64,000 nucleotides of DNA, from assembly GCA_014860445.1 (NCBI GenBank), contig JACZJT010000018.1, positions 13,295 to 77,294 on the forward strand, written 5' to 3'. Origin of the DNA: Burkholderiales bacterium (GTDB taxonomy: Bacteria > Pseudomonadota > Gammaproteobacteria > Burkholderiales > SG8-39). Each line of letters starts with the position of its first letter. The first letter of the stretch is position 1. The position numbers and the translations under genes are program-made. The notes below the pieces were generated by a model. That model saw only the letters and a program-made list of their open reading frames with translations, had not been told where the DNA came from and did no database searches. Shown here one piece after another: positions 20,354 through 28,702 of this stretch.

Positions 20354-20989
20354 ATGGCGGACATACTCGAGACGATCAAGGAGAAATGCATCAGGGGCAA
20401 GCGCGTAGAGCTGATCGAAGAGGTGAAACGCGCGCTGGCGGACGGGATCGATGCCAAGACGGTGATGAACGATGCGCTGATCCCGGCGATGTCGGTGGTG
20501 GGCGAAAAATACTCCTCGGGCGAATTCTTCCTGCCGCAGATGATGCTCGGGGCGCGCGCGATGAGCGAGGCGCTGCTGATGCTCAAACCCTACTTGGCGC
20601 AGGGCACTTACGAGAAGAAGGGAAAAGCGGTGGTCGGTACGGTCGCGGGCGATTTCCACGACATCGGCAAGAACATTGTGAAAATCATGCTCGAGGGCGG
20701 AGGCTACGAGGTCGTCGACCTGGGGGTGGACGTGAGCCCCGAAGCTTTCGTCGAGGCGGTGAAGAAGGAGGCGCCACGCTTCATCCTGATGAGTGCGCTC
20801 ATCACCCTCACCATGGACAGCATGCGCAAGACCATCCAGGCGCTGGAAAGCGCGGGGGTGCGCAAACAGGTGATGATCGGCATCGGCGGTGCCCCGGTGA
20901 CGCAGAAGTTCGCCGACGAGATCGGCGCAGACTTTTACGGTTCGGACGCGCACGGCGCCGTCGAGAAGTGCAATCAGTTGATGCACTGA
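20354..20989 (+). CDS. Cobalamin-binding corrinoid protein (MtaC/MtbC/MetH-B12-domain-like)
   Basis: ORF 20276-20989 trimmed to MADILETIKEK.. (ATG 20354). Cap domain ..SSGEFFLPQMMLGARAM.., then GDFHDIG (20648-20668), SALITLTM and IGIGGAPV. Confidence 0.9.
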   Translation: MADILETIKEKCIRGKRVELIEEVKRALADGIDAKTVMNDALIPAMSVVGEKYSSGEFFLPQMMLGARAMSEALLMLKPYLAQGTYEKKGKAVVGTVAGDFHDIGKNIVKIMLEGGGYEVVDLGVDVSPEAFVEAVKKEAPRFILMSALITLTMDSMRKTIQALESAGVRKQVMIGIGGAPVTQKFADEIGADFYGSDAHGAVEKCNQLMH

Positions 20990-21012
20990 GCAACCAGAAA
21001 GGAGATACGCAA

Positions 21013-22089
21013 ATGACGCCCAAGGAAAGAGTGATGACAGCCCTGCACCGCGGCCAGCCCGATCAAGTGCCGTGGGTAGAAAACGAAATCGAGGAAGTGC
21101 TGCAGATCCAGGTCATGGGCGGGCGCACCGACTACACCCCCGGCGAACTGTGCCGCGCATTGGGAATGGACGGATTCGGCTACCATTTCCCCACCGGTCG
21201 AGCGGGTGCCGCCAGCCAGGCGTTGCAGACCTCCACTTCGATGAAGGAATCGTATTATTTTCCGAAGAAAATCACCTTCGACTTCGTACCACCATGGATC
21301 GCCGACATGGGGGTGGAGCCGAGCGGGCGCACTTTCGTCAAGAAAGGCCTGCTCACCGACCGTGATTCGCTCAAACTGTTCGACGAGTTTCTGCCAGACC
21401 CGAATCATCCCGCTCGCTACGAGCAGATAGCGAAATGGATCGAGCAGTACCGCGAGGACTATGCGGTGTACGCGCGCATCCGCCTCGGCACCGCGAGCGC
21501 GATCGAGAGCATGGGGCTGGACGTGTTCTCGCTCATGCTGTACGACGACCCGGACCTGGTGAAAGAGATCCATCTGCGTTTTTCGGAATGGTCAGTTAAG
21601 GTAGTCGAGAACCTGAACAAACTGGACCTCGATTTCTACTGGGCCAACGACGACCATGCCGATACCAAGATGCCCTGGGTCAACATGGAAATGTACGAGG
21701 AATTCTTCTTCCCATACCAGAAAATGGTCGCCGACGCGATGAAGAAACCCTGGGCCTTCCATAGCGACGGCAATTTGTTTCCGATACTCCCCGGACTGAT
21801 CAAACTGGGCATGAACGCCATTCATCCGATCCAGCCGGCCGCGATGGACATCGGCAAAATGAAGGCGGAGTACGGATCCCGTGTGTGCCTGATCGGCAAT
21901 ATCGACCTCGATTACACCCTGACCCTCGGCACGCCAGAGGAAGTGGACCAGGAGGTGAAGGAACGCATCGCGGCTGCCGGCAAGGGCGGCGGCTACATGA
22001 TCAGCAGCGCCAACAGCCTGACCGACTACTGCAAGATCGACAATGTCTGGGCGATGTCCAAGGCGTTGAAGAAATACGGCAAATACTGA
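21013..22089 (+). CDS. Uroporphyrinogen decarboxylase (URO-D) family methyltransferase (substrate:corrinoid or methylcorrinoid methyltransferase-like)
   Basis: The long ORF 20305-22089 overlaps the corrinoid gene; the real start is the ATG at 21013 after AAAGGAG (MTPKERVMTALHRGQPDQVPWVENE..). URO-D/MtaA-like fold signature. In the positions where the fusions have Cys, this protein has ..WAFHSDGN.. and ..NAIHPIQP... Confidence 0.82.
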   Translation: MTPKERVMTALHRGQPDQVPWVENEIEEVLQIQVMGGRTDYTPGELCRALGMDGFGYHFPTGRAGAASQALQTSTSMKESYYFPKKITFDFVPPWIADMGVEPSGRTFVKKGLLTDRDSLKLFDEFLPDPNHPARYEQIAKWIEQYREDYAVYARIRLGTASAIESMGLDVFSLMLYDDPDLVKEIHLRFSEWSVKVVENLNKLDLDFYWANDDHADTKMPWVNMEMYEEFFFPYQKMVADAMKKPWAFHSDGNLFPILPGLIKLGMNAIHPIQPAAMDIGKMKAEYGSRVCLIGNIDLDYTLTLGTPEEVDQEVKERIAAAGKGGGYMISSANSLTDYCKIDNVWAMSKALKKYGKY

Positions 22090-22096
22090 GGCCACC

Positions 22097-22894
22097 ATGC
22101 TAATTGTTGCTGAACGCGTCAACGCCTCTCGCAAGGCGATCCGTGCTGCGCTGGAAACACTCGACGCCGCCGCGATCGCAAACGAGGTGCGCATCCAGGC
22201 CGCTGCCGGTGCGCACTACATCGACGTGAACGGCGGCACTTTCCCCGGCCGCGAAGCCGAACTGCTTTGCTGGCTGGTGGACATCGCGCAAGCGGAAACG
22301 CAACTGCCGCTGTGTCTCGACAGCCCGGACCCCCAGGCGCTGGTCGCCGCGCTGCCGCGCATCAAGGGCGAGCGGCCGATGATCAATTCGATCAACCTGG
22401 AACCCGAGCGCTTCGAAAAAATCCTTCCGCTTGCCCGCCAATACAATGCAAAACTCATTGCGCTGGCTCAGGGAGAGGGCGTGCCCGCCTCCACCACCGT
22501 GGAAAAAGTCGAGCTCGCCACGCGCCTGGTCGAGCAGTTGCTCAAGGGCGGCATGGTGCTTGACGACATTTACGTCGATCCGCTGGTATTTCCGGTGGGC
22601 ACCGACTCCACTTCGGCCCTTGCCACGGTGACGGCCATGCGCGAAATCATGGCGCGATTTCCCGGCGTGCACACGATCTGCGGGCTGACCAATGTTTCCC
22701 ACGGCCTGCCGGCGCGCAAACTCATCAACCGCAGCTTCCTCGCCGGCGCGATCGCCAATGGAATGGACGCGGCCATTATCGATCCCACCGATCCCCTGCT
22801 GATGGCCACGCTGCTGGGCGCGGAGGCGGTTTTCGGCCGTGACGAATACTGCATGAATTTGATCGAAGCGTTCCAGGACGGCAAGCTCGCCTGA
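22097..22894 (+). CDS. Pterin-binding methyltransferase (methyltetrahydrofolate:corrinoid methyltransferase; MetH-Fol/AcsE/MtrH/CmuB-like)
   Basis: 265 aa. Sequence MLIVAERVNASRK.., ..YIDVNGG.., ..LCLDSPD.., ..MINSINLE.., ..ICGLTNVSHGLPARKLINRSFLAGAIANGMDAAIIDP.. matches pterin-binding TIM-barrel motifs. Confidence 0.85.
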   Translation: MLIVAERVNASRKAIRAALETLDAAAIANEVRIQAAAGAHYIDVNGGTFPGREAELLCWLVDIAQAETQLPLCLDSPDPQALVAALPRIKGERPMINSINLEPERFEKILPLARQYNAKLIALAQGEGVPASTTVEKVELATRLVEQLLKGGMVLDDIYVDPLVFPVGTDSTSALATVTAMREIMARFPGVHTICGLTNVSHGLPARKLINRSFLAGAIANGMDAAIIDPTDPLLMATLLGAEAVFGRDEYCMNLIEAFQDGKLA

Positions 22895-22931
22895 GCCGGC
22901 CGGCTCGCGCTGAGCTCACCCGTCTACAGCC

Positions 22932-24827
22932 ATGACGAAGCCTGAGCCCAAGGCCGGCGGAATCGGCGTCTCCTTTCTGCCCGATTCGCGCCAGACACAG
23001 GTGGCCGAAGGCGACCATCTTTTGCTGGCCGCATTGAAAGCCGGCGTAGGCATCAAGTCGGTGTGCGGCGGGCGCGGCAAATGCGGTTCCTGCCTGGTAG
23101 AGCTTGAACCGGCGGACGCAGCGGCGCTCTCCCCCGCCGGCGACGAAGAAATCGCGCTGCTGCCCCCCGCGCGCGAGGGAAAATATTATCGCCTGGCCTG
23201 CATGGCCAAAGTGCGCGGCGCGCTGCGCGTGGCCATCCCGCCCGAGAGCCAGGCGCTGAAAAGCCCGCCGCGCAAGCCCTACACCGTGACCCGCATCGCA
23301 CTCGCGCCTGCGGTGAAACGCGTGGCGCTGGATGTCGAAGGGGCCTACGTCGAGCCGCTGCGGCCGCTTGCCACGCGCATCACCGCTGCGCTCGCGCGCG
23401 CCGGGCAAGGCAAGGTCGAACTGCCGCTCGCTGCGCTCGCCGAATTTTCCCACGAGCCTGATTTCGATTCGAGCAAGGACGTCAGCGCCACGATTCAGAA
23501 CCGGCGGGTGCTGCAACTCAGCCGCGGCAAGCCGCGGACGCTGTACGGCCTCGCGCTGGACATCGGCACCACCTCGATCGTTGTATTCCTGTGCAATCTC
23601 GAGCGCGGCGACATCGCCGCCGTGCGCACGGCAAGCAACCCGCAGGCCGCCTACGGCGAGGACGTGATATCGCGCATGACGCATATCTACAGCGACGTGG
23701 CGATGCTCGCCACGCTGCAAAAGCTGCTGGTCGACGAAATCAACCGCATGGTCGCGGATGCGGCGCAGGAAGCGGGCGTTGCACTGGCGGACATCGCCGA
23801 TGCAGTGGTGGTGGGCAACCCGACCATGCAGCATATCCTGCTCGGCATTAATCCAGCGCCGCTGGGCCGTGGCCCCTATCTGCCTGTGCTGTGCGATGGC
23901 GTGGAGGTGGAAGCAGCGAGCATGGGACTGGCAATGATGCCGCGGGCACCGGTGTTCGTGCTTCCCATGCCTGCCGGATACATCGGCGGCGATACGGTTT
24001 CGGCAGTCCTCACGCGTGGGCCGGAGTTCTATCGCGGCAACAACCTGCTGGTGGATATCGGCACCAACGGCGAAGTGGTGCTGGCAAAGGACGGGGTCCT
24101 GACGGCGACCTCCTGCGCCACCGGGCCGGTGTACGAGGGCGCGCACATCGCCTGCGGCGTGCGCGCGGCCCCGGGCGCGATCGAGCGGGTCTGGGTCGAA
24201 GACGGCCGCAATCTGCGCTGGGCGGCGATACCGCCGGACGGCGAGCGCGACAAGCGTCCGGTGGGCCTGTGCGGCTCGGGGGTCATTTCCACCGTCACCG
24301 CACTAGCCGGCGCCGGCCTGATCGGCAGCGACGGCGCCTTCGCCGCCGCCGGATCGCATCCGCGCATTCGCGCATCGGCGAAAACGCGCCAGCTCGAAGC
24401 ACTACTGGTGCCGGGAATGGGCAGCCGCACCGGACGCGACATCGTGTTCACCCAGCAGGACGTGCGCGCGGTGCAGCTGGGCAAGGCCGCCCTGCGCGCC
24501 GGCATCGAGATACTCCTGCGCGAAGAAGGCGTGACGCAACTCGATCACATCTATCTTGCCGGCACCTTCGGCAATCATCTCGAACCGCGCGACATCGTCG
24601 CCATCGGCCTGGTGCCGCCGCTGCCGGTCGAGCGCATCGAATCCATAGGCAATGCCGCCGGCGATGGTGCGCGCATGGCGCTGTTCAACCGACGCGAGCG
24701 GCGCCGCGCGCACAAACTGGCGCACTCCATGCGGGTGGTGGAGCTGTCGAACCGTGCCGATTTCCAGGACATGTTCGTCGCGGCCACAGAACTGTCCGAC
24801 GCAACCATCGACCTCGAGGGAGCATAG
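22932..24827 (+). CDS. Corrinoid reductive activator (RACE-type): N-terminal plant-type 2Fe-2S ferredoxin domain plus ASKHA ATPase domain
   Basis: 631 aa. The ferredoxin part is ..SVCGGRGKCGSCLVEL..YRLACMAKV... The large C-terminal ASKHA-like part includes ..YGLALDIGTTSIV.. and ..LLVDIGTNGEVVL... Confidence 0.82.
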   Translation: MTKPEPKAGGIGVSFLPDSRQTQVAEGDHLLLAALKAGVGIKSVCGGRGKCGSCLVELEPADAAALSPAGDEEIALLPPAREGKYYRLACMAKVRGALRVAIPPESQALKSPPRKPYTVTRIALAPAVKRVALDVEGAYVEPLRPLATRITAALARAGQGKVELPLAALAEFSHEPDFDSSKDVSATIQNRRVLQLSRGKPRTLYGLALDIGTTSIVVFLCNLERGDIAAVRTASNPQAAYGEDVISRMTHIYSDVAMLATLQKLLVDEINRMVADAAQEAGVALADIADAVVVGNPTMQHILLGINPAPLGRGPYLPVLCDGVEVEAASMGLAMMPRAPVFVLPMPAGYIGGDTVSAVLTRGPEFYRGNNLLVDIGTNGEVVLAKDGVLTATSCATGPVYEGAHIACGVRAAPGAIERVWVEDGRNLRWAAIPPDGERDKRPVGLCGSGVISTVTALAGAGLIGSDGAFAAAGSHPRIRASAKTRQLEALLVPGMGSRTGRDIVFTQQDVRAVQLGKAALRAGIEILLREEGVTQLDHIYLAGTFGNHLEPRDIVAIGLVPPLPVERIESIGNAAGDGARMALFNRRERRRAHKLAHSMRVVELSNRADFQDMFVAATELSDATIDLEGA

Positions 24828-24830
24828 AAC

Positions 24831-26264
24831 ATGCTGGCATTGCGGCGCTGGTCGGTACGGCACTCGGGAACGCTGGAGTATTTCTACAAGCGCTTCAGTT
24901 CGTTCATGGCCTATTGCGCACCCGCATTTCGCAAACTGGGTTTCGCCCGCGTCGAACGCGTCGTGATCCCGTTCGAGCGCAGCGTAAAGCGCCTGATGTT
25001 CGATTGCCACATGTGCGGTGTGTGCCTGCTATCCAAGAACGGCATGTCCTGCCCGATGAATTGCCCCAAGTCCGTGCGCAATGGGCCCTGCGGCGGCGTG
25101 CGCGAAGACGGCAGCTGCGAGGTCGATCCGGAAATGCAATGTGTCTGGGTCGAAGGCTGGCTGGGCACGCAGGGCATGAGCGAGGGCGCCTTGTCGCCGC
25201 TGCCCAATGCGCCTGCGAATGCGCGCTTCGCCGGCAGTTCGAGCTGGATGCGCCTCGCGCGCGGCGAGCATGGGCCGGCGCCGCTGTCCGGGGCGCCGAC
25301 GACGGCGACCGACAGTGGTTTTGAGCGCCTCCTCGAGAGCGGGGGCTTCGCCGTTACCGCCGAATTTTCCCCGCCGGATTCGGCCGACCCGGCGGAGGTA
25401 TTCGCCCACCTGGATCACTTCCGCGGCAACGTGGACGCGATCAACGTCACCGACGGCAGCGGCGCCAATTGCCACATGTCCAGCCTCGGCGTATCCGCGC
25501 TGTTGATGCAGGCGGGCTTCGAGCCGGTGATGCAGATTACCTGCCGCGACCGAAACCGCATCGCCATCCAGGGAGACATACTCGGCGCGGCGGCTCTGGG
25601 TATACGCAATCTGCTTTGCCTCACCGGCGACAGCACGCTGGTGGGCGATCATCCCGATGCCAAGCCGGTGTGCGATCTGGACAGCATGTCACTGCTGCAG
25701 ACGGCGCGCGTCATGCGCGACGAAAGCCGCTTTCTTTCCGGCAGAAAACTGAACTCGGTGCCGCGGCTGTTCCTTGGCGGGGCCGACAATCCGTTTGCGC
25801 CGCCCCACGGCATGCGACCGATGCGGCTTGCACGCAAGATTGCAGCCGGTGCGCAGTTCATCCAGACGCAATACTGCTTCGACCTGGCGCTGCTTGAGTC
25901 CTATATGCGGCGGGTGCGCGACGAAGGCCTGCACGAGCGCTGCCATATCATCATCGGCGTCGGCCCCATCGGCTCGGCGAAAACCGCCCGCTGGCTGCGC
26001 AGCAAGGTGCCGGGGGTTCATATTCCCGACGACGTCATCAGGCGGCTGGAACATGCGGCCGATCCGCGCTTGGAGGGCCGCAATATCTGCATCGAGATGA
26101 TCCAGGCGATACGCGCGATACCGGGCATCGCCGGCGTGCATATCATGGCCACGCGCCAGGAACACCAGATTCCCGATATCGTGCGCGAGTCGGGCGTGCG
26201 CGAAGGGCGCAAACTTGCGCAACCCGCGGCGGACGCAGATCGCGCCACTGCACCAATACACTGA
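24831..26264 (+). CDS. Methylenetetrahydrofolate reductase with N-terminal MetV-like (MTHFR_C) Cys-rich zinc-ribbon domain (MetV-MetF fusion)
   Basis: 477 aa; the ATG lies 3 nt after the activator stop. The N-terminus has FDCHMCGVCLLSKNGMSCPMNCPKSVRNGPCGG. The MTHFR TIM barrel begins about aa 165 (..GGFAVTAEFSPP.., ..DAINVTDGSGA.., ..MQITCRDRNRIAIQGD.., ..NLLCLTGD..). Confidence 0.85.
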   Translation: MLALRRWSVRHSGTLEYFYKRFSSFMAYCAPAFRKLGFARVERVVIPFERSVKRLMFDCHMCGVCLLSKNGMSCPMNCPKSVRNGPCGGVREDGSCEVDPEMQCVWVEGWLGTQGMSEGALSPLPNAPANARFAGSSSWMRLARGEHGPAPLSGAPTTATDSGFERLLESGGFAVTAEFSPPDSADPAEVFAHLDHFRGNVDAINVTDGSGANCHMSSLGVSALLMQAGFEPVMQITCRDRNRIAIQGDILGAAALGIRNLLCLTGDSTLVGDHPDAKPVCDLDSMSLLQTARVMRDESRFLSGRKLNSVPRLFLGGADNPFAPPHGMRPMRLARKIAAGAQFIQTQYCFDLALLESYMRRVRDEGLHERCHIIIGVGPIGSAKTARWLRSKVPGVHIPDDVIRRLEHAADPRLEGRNICIEMIQAIRAIPGIAGVHIMATRQEHQIPDIVRESGVREGRKLAQPAADADRATAPIH

Positions 26265-26273
26265 ACGCCGGCC

Positions 26274-27002
26274 ATGGCCAACCAACCCACCGTAATCATC
26301 GCCTGCCGCGTGATGCAGGAACATCTGCAGAAGCTGCTGCCGTCGGACTCTCCGGTGACCTACATGGACATCACCCTGCACAACACGCCCAAGAAGCTCG
26401 CCGCGGCGCTGCAGGCGGAGATCGACGCGATCGCGCAACCGAGCACCATCATCGTCGGCTACGGCCTGTGCGGCAACGGGCTGCTGGGCGTAAAGTCCGG
26501 CCCGCATACGCTGGTCATCCCGCGCACACACGACTGCGTCGCCATCTTCCTCGGTTCGCACCAACGCTACGTCCAGCGCTTTTTCGCCAATCCGAACACC
26601 TATTACCTGACCCGCGGCTGGCTGGACGCAAAAGACGAACCGCTGCAGGACTATCTGGATTACGTGCGCGACTACGACGAGGAGACGGCGGACTATTTGG
26701 TGGAAATGAAATACCGGCACTATCGAAAGCTCACCATGGTCGGTTTCTCGCAGCAGGAACTGGACGAGTGCCGGCCGATGGCGATGCGCGTGGCCGAGTT
26801 CTGCGCCAAGCGCTGGAATATGGAATACGAAGAAATCGTCGGCTCCACCGTACTTCTGGAAGCGCTGCTGAAGATGCCGGACCAACTCGATTCGAGCAAT
26901 GCCGAATTCGTGGTGCTGAAACCGGGTGAAGAGATCCAGGTAGAGATGTTCCTGCAGGAAGGCGATCCCGTTCCTGTGCAGACCCCGGGCAGGGACAATT
27001 AG
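26274..27002 (+). CDS. DUF1638 domain protein
   Basis: 242 aa. Sequence MANQPTVIIACRVMQEHLQKLLP...GYGLCGNGL..PRTHDCVAIFLGS.. is the DUF1638 pattern. This family is typically encoded next to corrinoid methyltransferase genes. Confidence 0.7.
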   Translation: MANQPTVIIACRVMQEHLQKLLPSDSPVTYMDITLHNTPKKLAAALQAEIDAIAQPSTIIVGYGLCGNGLLGVKSGPHTLVIPRTHDCVAIFLGSHQRYVQRFFANPNTYYLTRGWLDAKDEPLQDYLDYVRDYDEETADYLVEMKYRHYRKLTMVGFSQQELDECRPMAMRVAEFCAKRWNMEYEEIVGSTVLLEALLKMPDQLDSSNAEFVVLKPGEEIQVEMFLQEGDPVPVQTPGRDN

Positions 27003-27017
27003 GCTGGGGCGCGGTTG

Positions 27018-27344
27018 CTATACCACCGCATCGACCTCGCGCGCGGCCCGGATTATTCGCATGATCTCGACACAATTGCCGCGGGTGCGATAGTAGATCA
27101 CATAGCGCTGAAACAGCAAACTGCGGATTCCATCCTGCAATTCTTGGCGCGGCGGGCCCATTTCCGGATGCAGGGTCAGCATTTGACACACCTGCTCGAA
27201 CTGATCGACGAAATTGCCGGCCGCAATCAGATGCTCTGTATTCGTCGAGCCAAACCGGTCGTCTGGCATCGCGATCGTCTCCCAAATGCCATTGAGATCC
27301 GCGCAAGCTTGAAACGTGAATTGCAGTCTGCTCAATGCCGTCAT
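27018..27344 (-). CDS. parE: Type II toxin, ParE/RelE family
   Basis: 108 aa with ..FQACADLNGIWETI.. and ..YVIYYRTRGNCVEIMRIIRAAREV... It overlaps the upstream antitoxin gene by 4 nt. Confidence 0.8.
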   Translation of the reverse strand: MTALSRLQFTFQACADLNGIWETIAMPDDRFGSTNTEHLIAAGNFVDQFEQVCQMLTLHPEMGPPRQELQDGIRSLLFQRYVIYYRTRGNCVEIMRIIRAAREVDAVV

Positions 27345-27598
27345 TCGATGCGCTCGGCGGCTTTTCTGCGAAGGGTGCGAAAAACCTCCAAGGCGTCGAT
27401 CAACTGGCGGGTGTTCGCCTGGTCGATGCCGTTCGCAATTTCCTTCAACAGTCTGTTTGTCCGAAGTGCCCGCGTCTGATCGCGTTCTTCCAGCAGGATA
27501 AGCGCTTCCTGAATCACTTGGGCGTAAGACTCATACAGGCCGGATTCGAATTTCTCACGGACGATAGCGACAGCGTCGGGCGGCAACCAAATATTCAT
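27341..27598 (-). CDS. parD: Type II antitoxin, ParD family (ribbon-helix-helix)
   Basis: 85 aa. MNIWLPPDAVAIVREKFESGLYESYAQVIQEALILLEERD.. is ParD-like. It sits immediately upstream of and overlaps parE. Confidence 0.78.
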   Translation of the reverse strand: MNIWLPPDAVAIVREKFESGLYESYAQVIQEALILLEERDQTRALRTNRLLKEIANGIDQANTRQLIDALEVFRTLRRKAAERIE

Positions 27599-27600
27599 GG

Positions 27601-28584
27601 CTAATCGGATCTTGTATCAGGAACGGTGGTGATCTTTACCGGTCCGAGTATCTTCTGGATATCGTCGTAGCTCGGGGCAGGTTCCTTGGGTCGGCTCGCA
27701 AGCGCATCGCTCATGCTCCTGATGTGCTGCGCCGTGGTACCGCAGCAGCCACCGATGATTCTCGCGCCGGCGTCGCGGGCCATGCATGCGTAGATGCCCA
27801 TGATTTCGGGATTGCCGTTGTAGCTGACGCGCATTTCGCTATCGAGCACCGGAATGCCGCAGTTGCTCTTGGCAACGACGATGGCATCGCTTTCCGCACC
27901 GCGGACCAGGCCGATGACCGAATCCATGAGCTGCGCCGGGCCGACGCCGCAATTGGCGCCGAAGGCGATGGGCTTGAACGCCGAATTCCTGATGCGGCGC
28001 ATTGCGCCCTCTGGGGTTTCGCCCATCATGGTGCGCCCACCGCTATCGAATGTCATGGTTGCAACGTACGCAAGGCCCGCGCGGTGCACACCCCGGATCG
28101 CGGCGTCCAATTCGTTGTCCGCTATCATGGTTTCGATCCAGGCGATGTCGACACCGCCTTCCTTCAAGGCCTGCGCCTGCTCGAAAAACGCGTCCTCCGC
28201 CTCTACGACGGTGCGCGTGCCGAACGGTTCCAGGATGTCGCCGATCGGCCCCATGTCGCCGGCGATGACGATGGGCCGTCCCGCTTTGTCGGCGACCGCT
28301 CGCGCAATCTTTGCCGCGGCCACGTTGAACTCGCGCGCGCGCTCGGCCAATTTGTGCAATCCGAGGCGATAGCGATTCGCGCCAAAGGTGTTGGTTAGCA
28401 GTATATCGGAGCCGGCATCGACGAAACCCCTGTGCACATTCGCAACCAGGTCCGGATACTCGACATTCCAGAGTTCGCCGGAGGACCGATTGTCCATTCC
28501 AAGCTGCATAAGGCTGGTCCCCATTGCGCCATCCGCAAGCACCACATCCTTCTGCTCAAGCAGACGGGAGAGCACGTTACTCAT
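27601..28584 (-). CDS. Homocysteine S-methyltransferase domain protein (stand-alone MetH-Hcy/BHMT-like module)
   Basis: 327 aa with ..VLADGAMGTSL.., ..DILLTNTFGAN.., ..FGANCGVGP.. and ..IIGGCCGTT.. (the Zn-Cys motifs of the Hcy-binding barrel). Confidence 0.85.
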   Translation of the reverse strand: MSNVLSRLLEQKDVVLADGAMGTSLMQLGMDNRSSGELWNVEYPDLVANVHRGFVDAGSDILLTNTFGANRYRLGLHKLAERAREFNVAAAKIARAVADKAGRPIVIAGDMGPIGDILEPFGTRTVVEAEDAFFEQAQALKEGGVDIAWIETMIADNELDAAIRGVHRAGLAYVATMTFDSGGRTMMGETPEGAMRRIRNSAFKPIAFGANCGVGPAQLMDSVIGLVRGAESDAIVVAKSNCGIPVLDSEMRVSYNGNPEIMGIYACMARDAGARIIGGCCGTTAQHIRSMSDALASRPKEPAPSYDDIQKILGPVKITTVPDTRSD

Positions 28585-28702
28585 TGCCGGTTCCTAGGTG
28601 AAAATGCATCGAGTAACATTATGCCTTTTTTTGGCAATAGCGTGGATTCAGTGACCGGTTTTTGGCCGCGAACGCCGAAGCGTCCATTGACGGAACAGCG
28701 TT

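Noticed and set aside
20305-21012. N-terminal 236-aa extension of the URO-D methyltransferase ORF (and similar 5' extensions at 51289-51618, 32059-32484, 63449-63844, 40739-40831)
   Set aside because: The extensions overlap upstream genes in another frame or consist of Arg-rich nonsense. In each case an internal start with an RBS gives a protein of the family-typical length.
7874-26264. In-frame UAG/UGA recoding (pyrrolysine or selenocysteine) in the methyltransferase genes
   Set aside because: All methyltransferase and corrinoid ORFs are uninterrupted from plausible starts to stops. No MttB/MtmB/MtbB-family gene, pyl genes or SECIS-like context is seen.
22776-26885. Long minus-strand and alternative-frame ORFs (22776-24146, 23891-25324, 25689-26885) overlapping the activator, MetV-MetF and DUF1638 genes
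   Set aside because: They overlap plus-strand genes that have clear domain signatures. The translations are Arg/Gly/Ala-rich without motifs, as expected for high-GC shadow frames.
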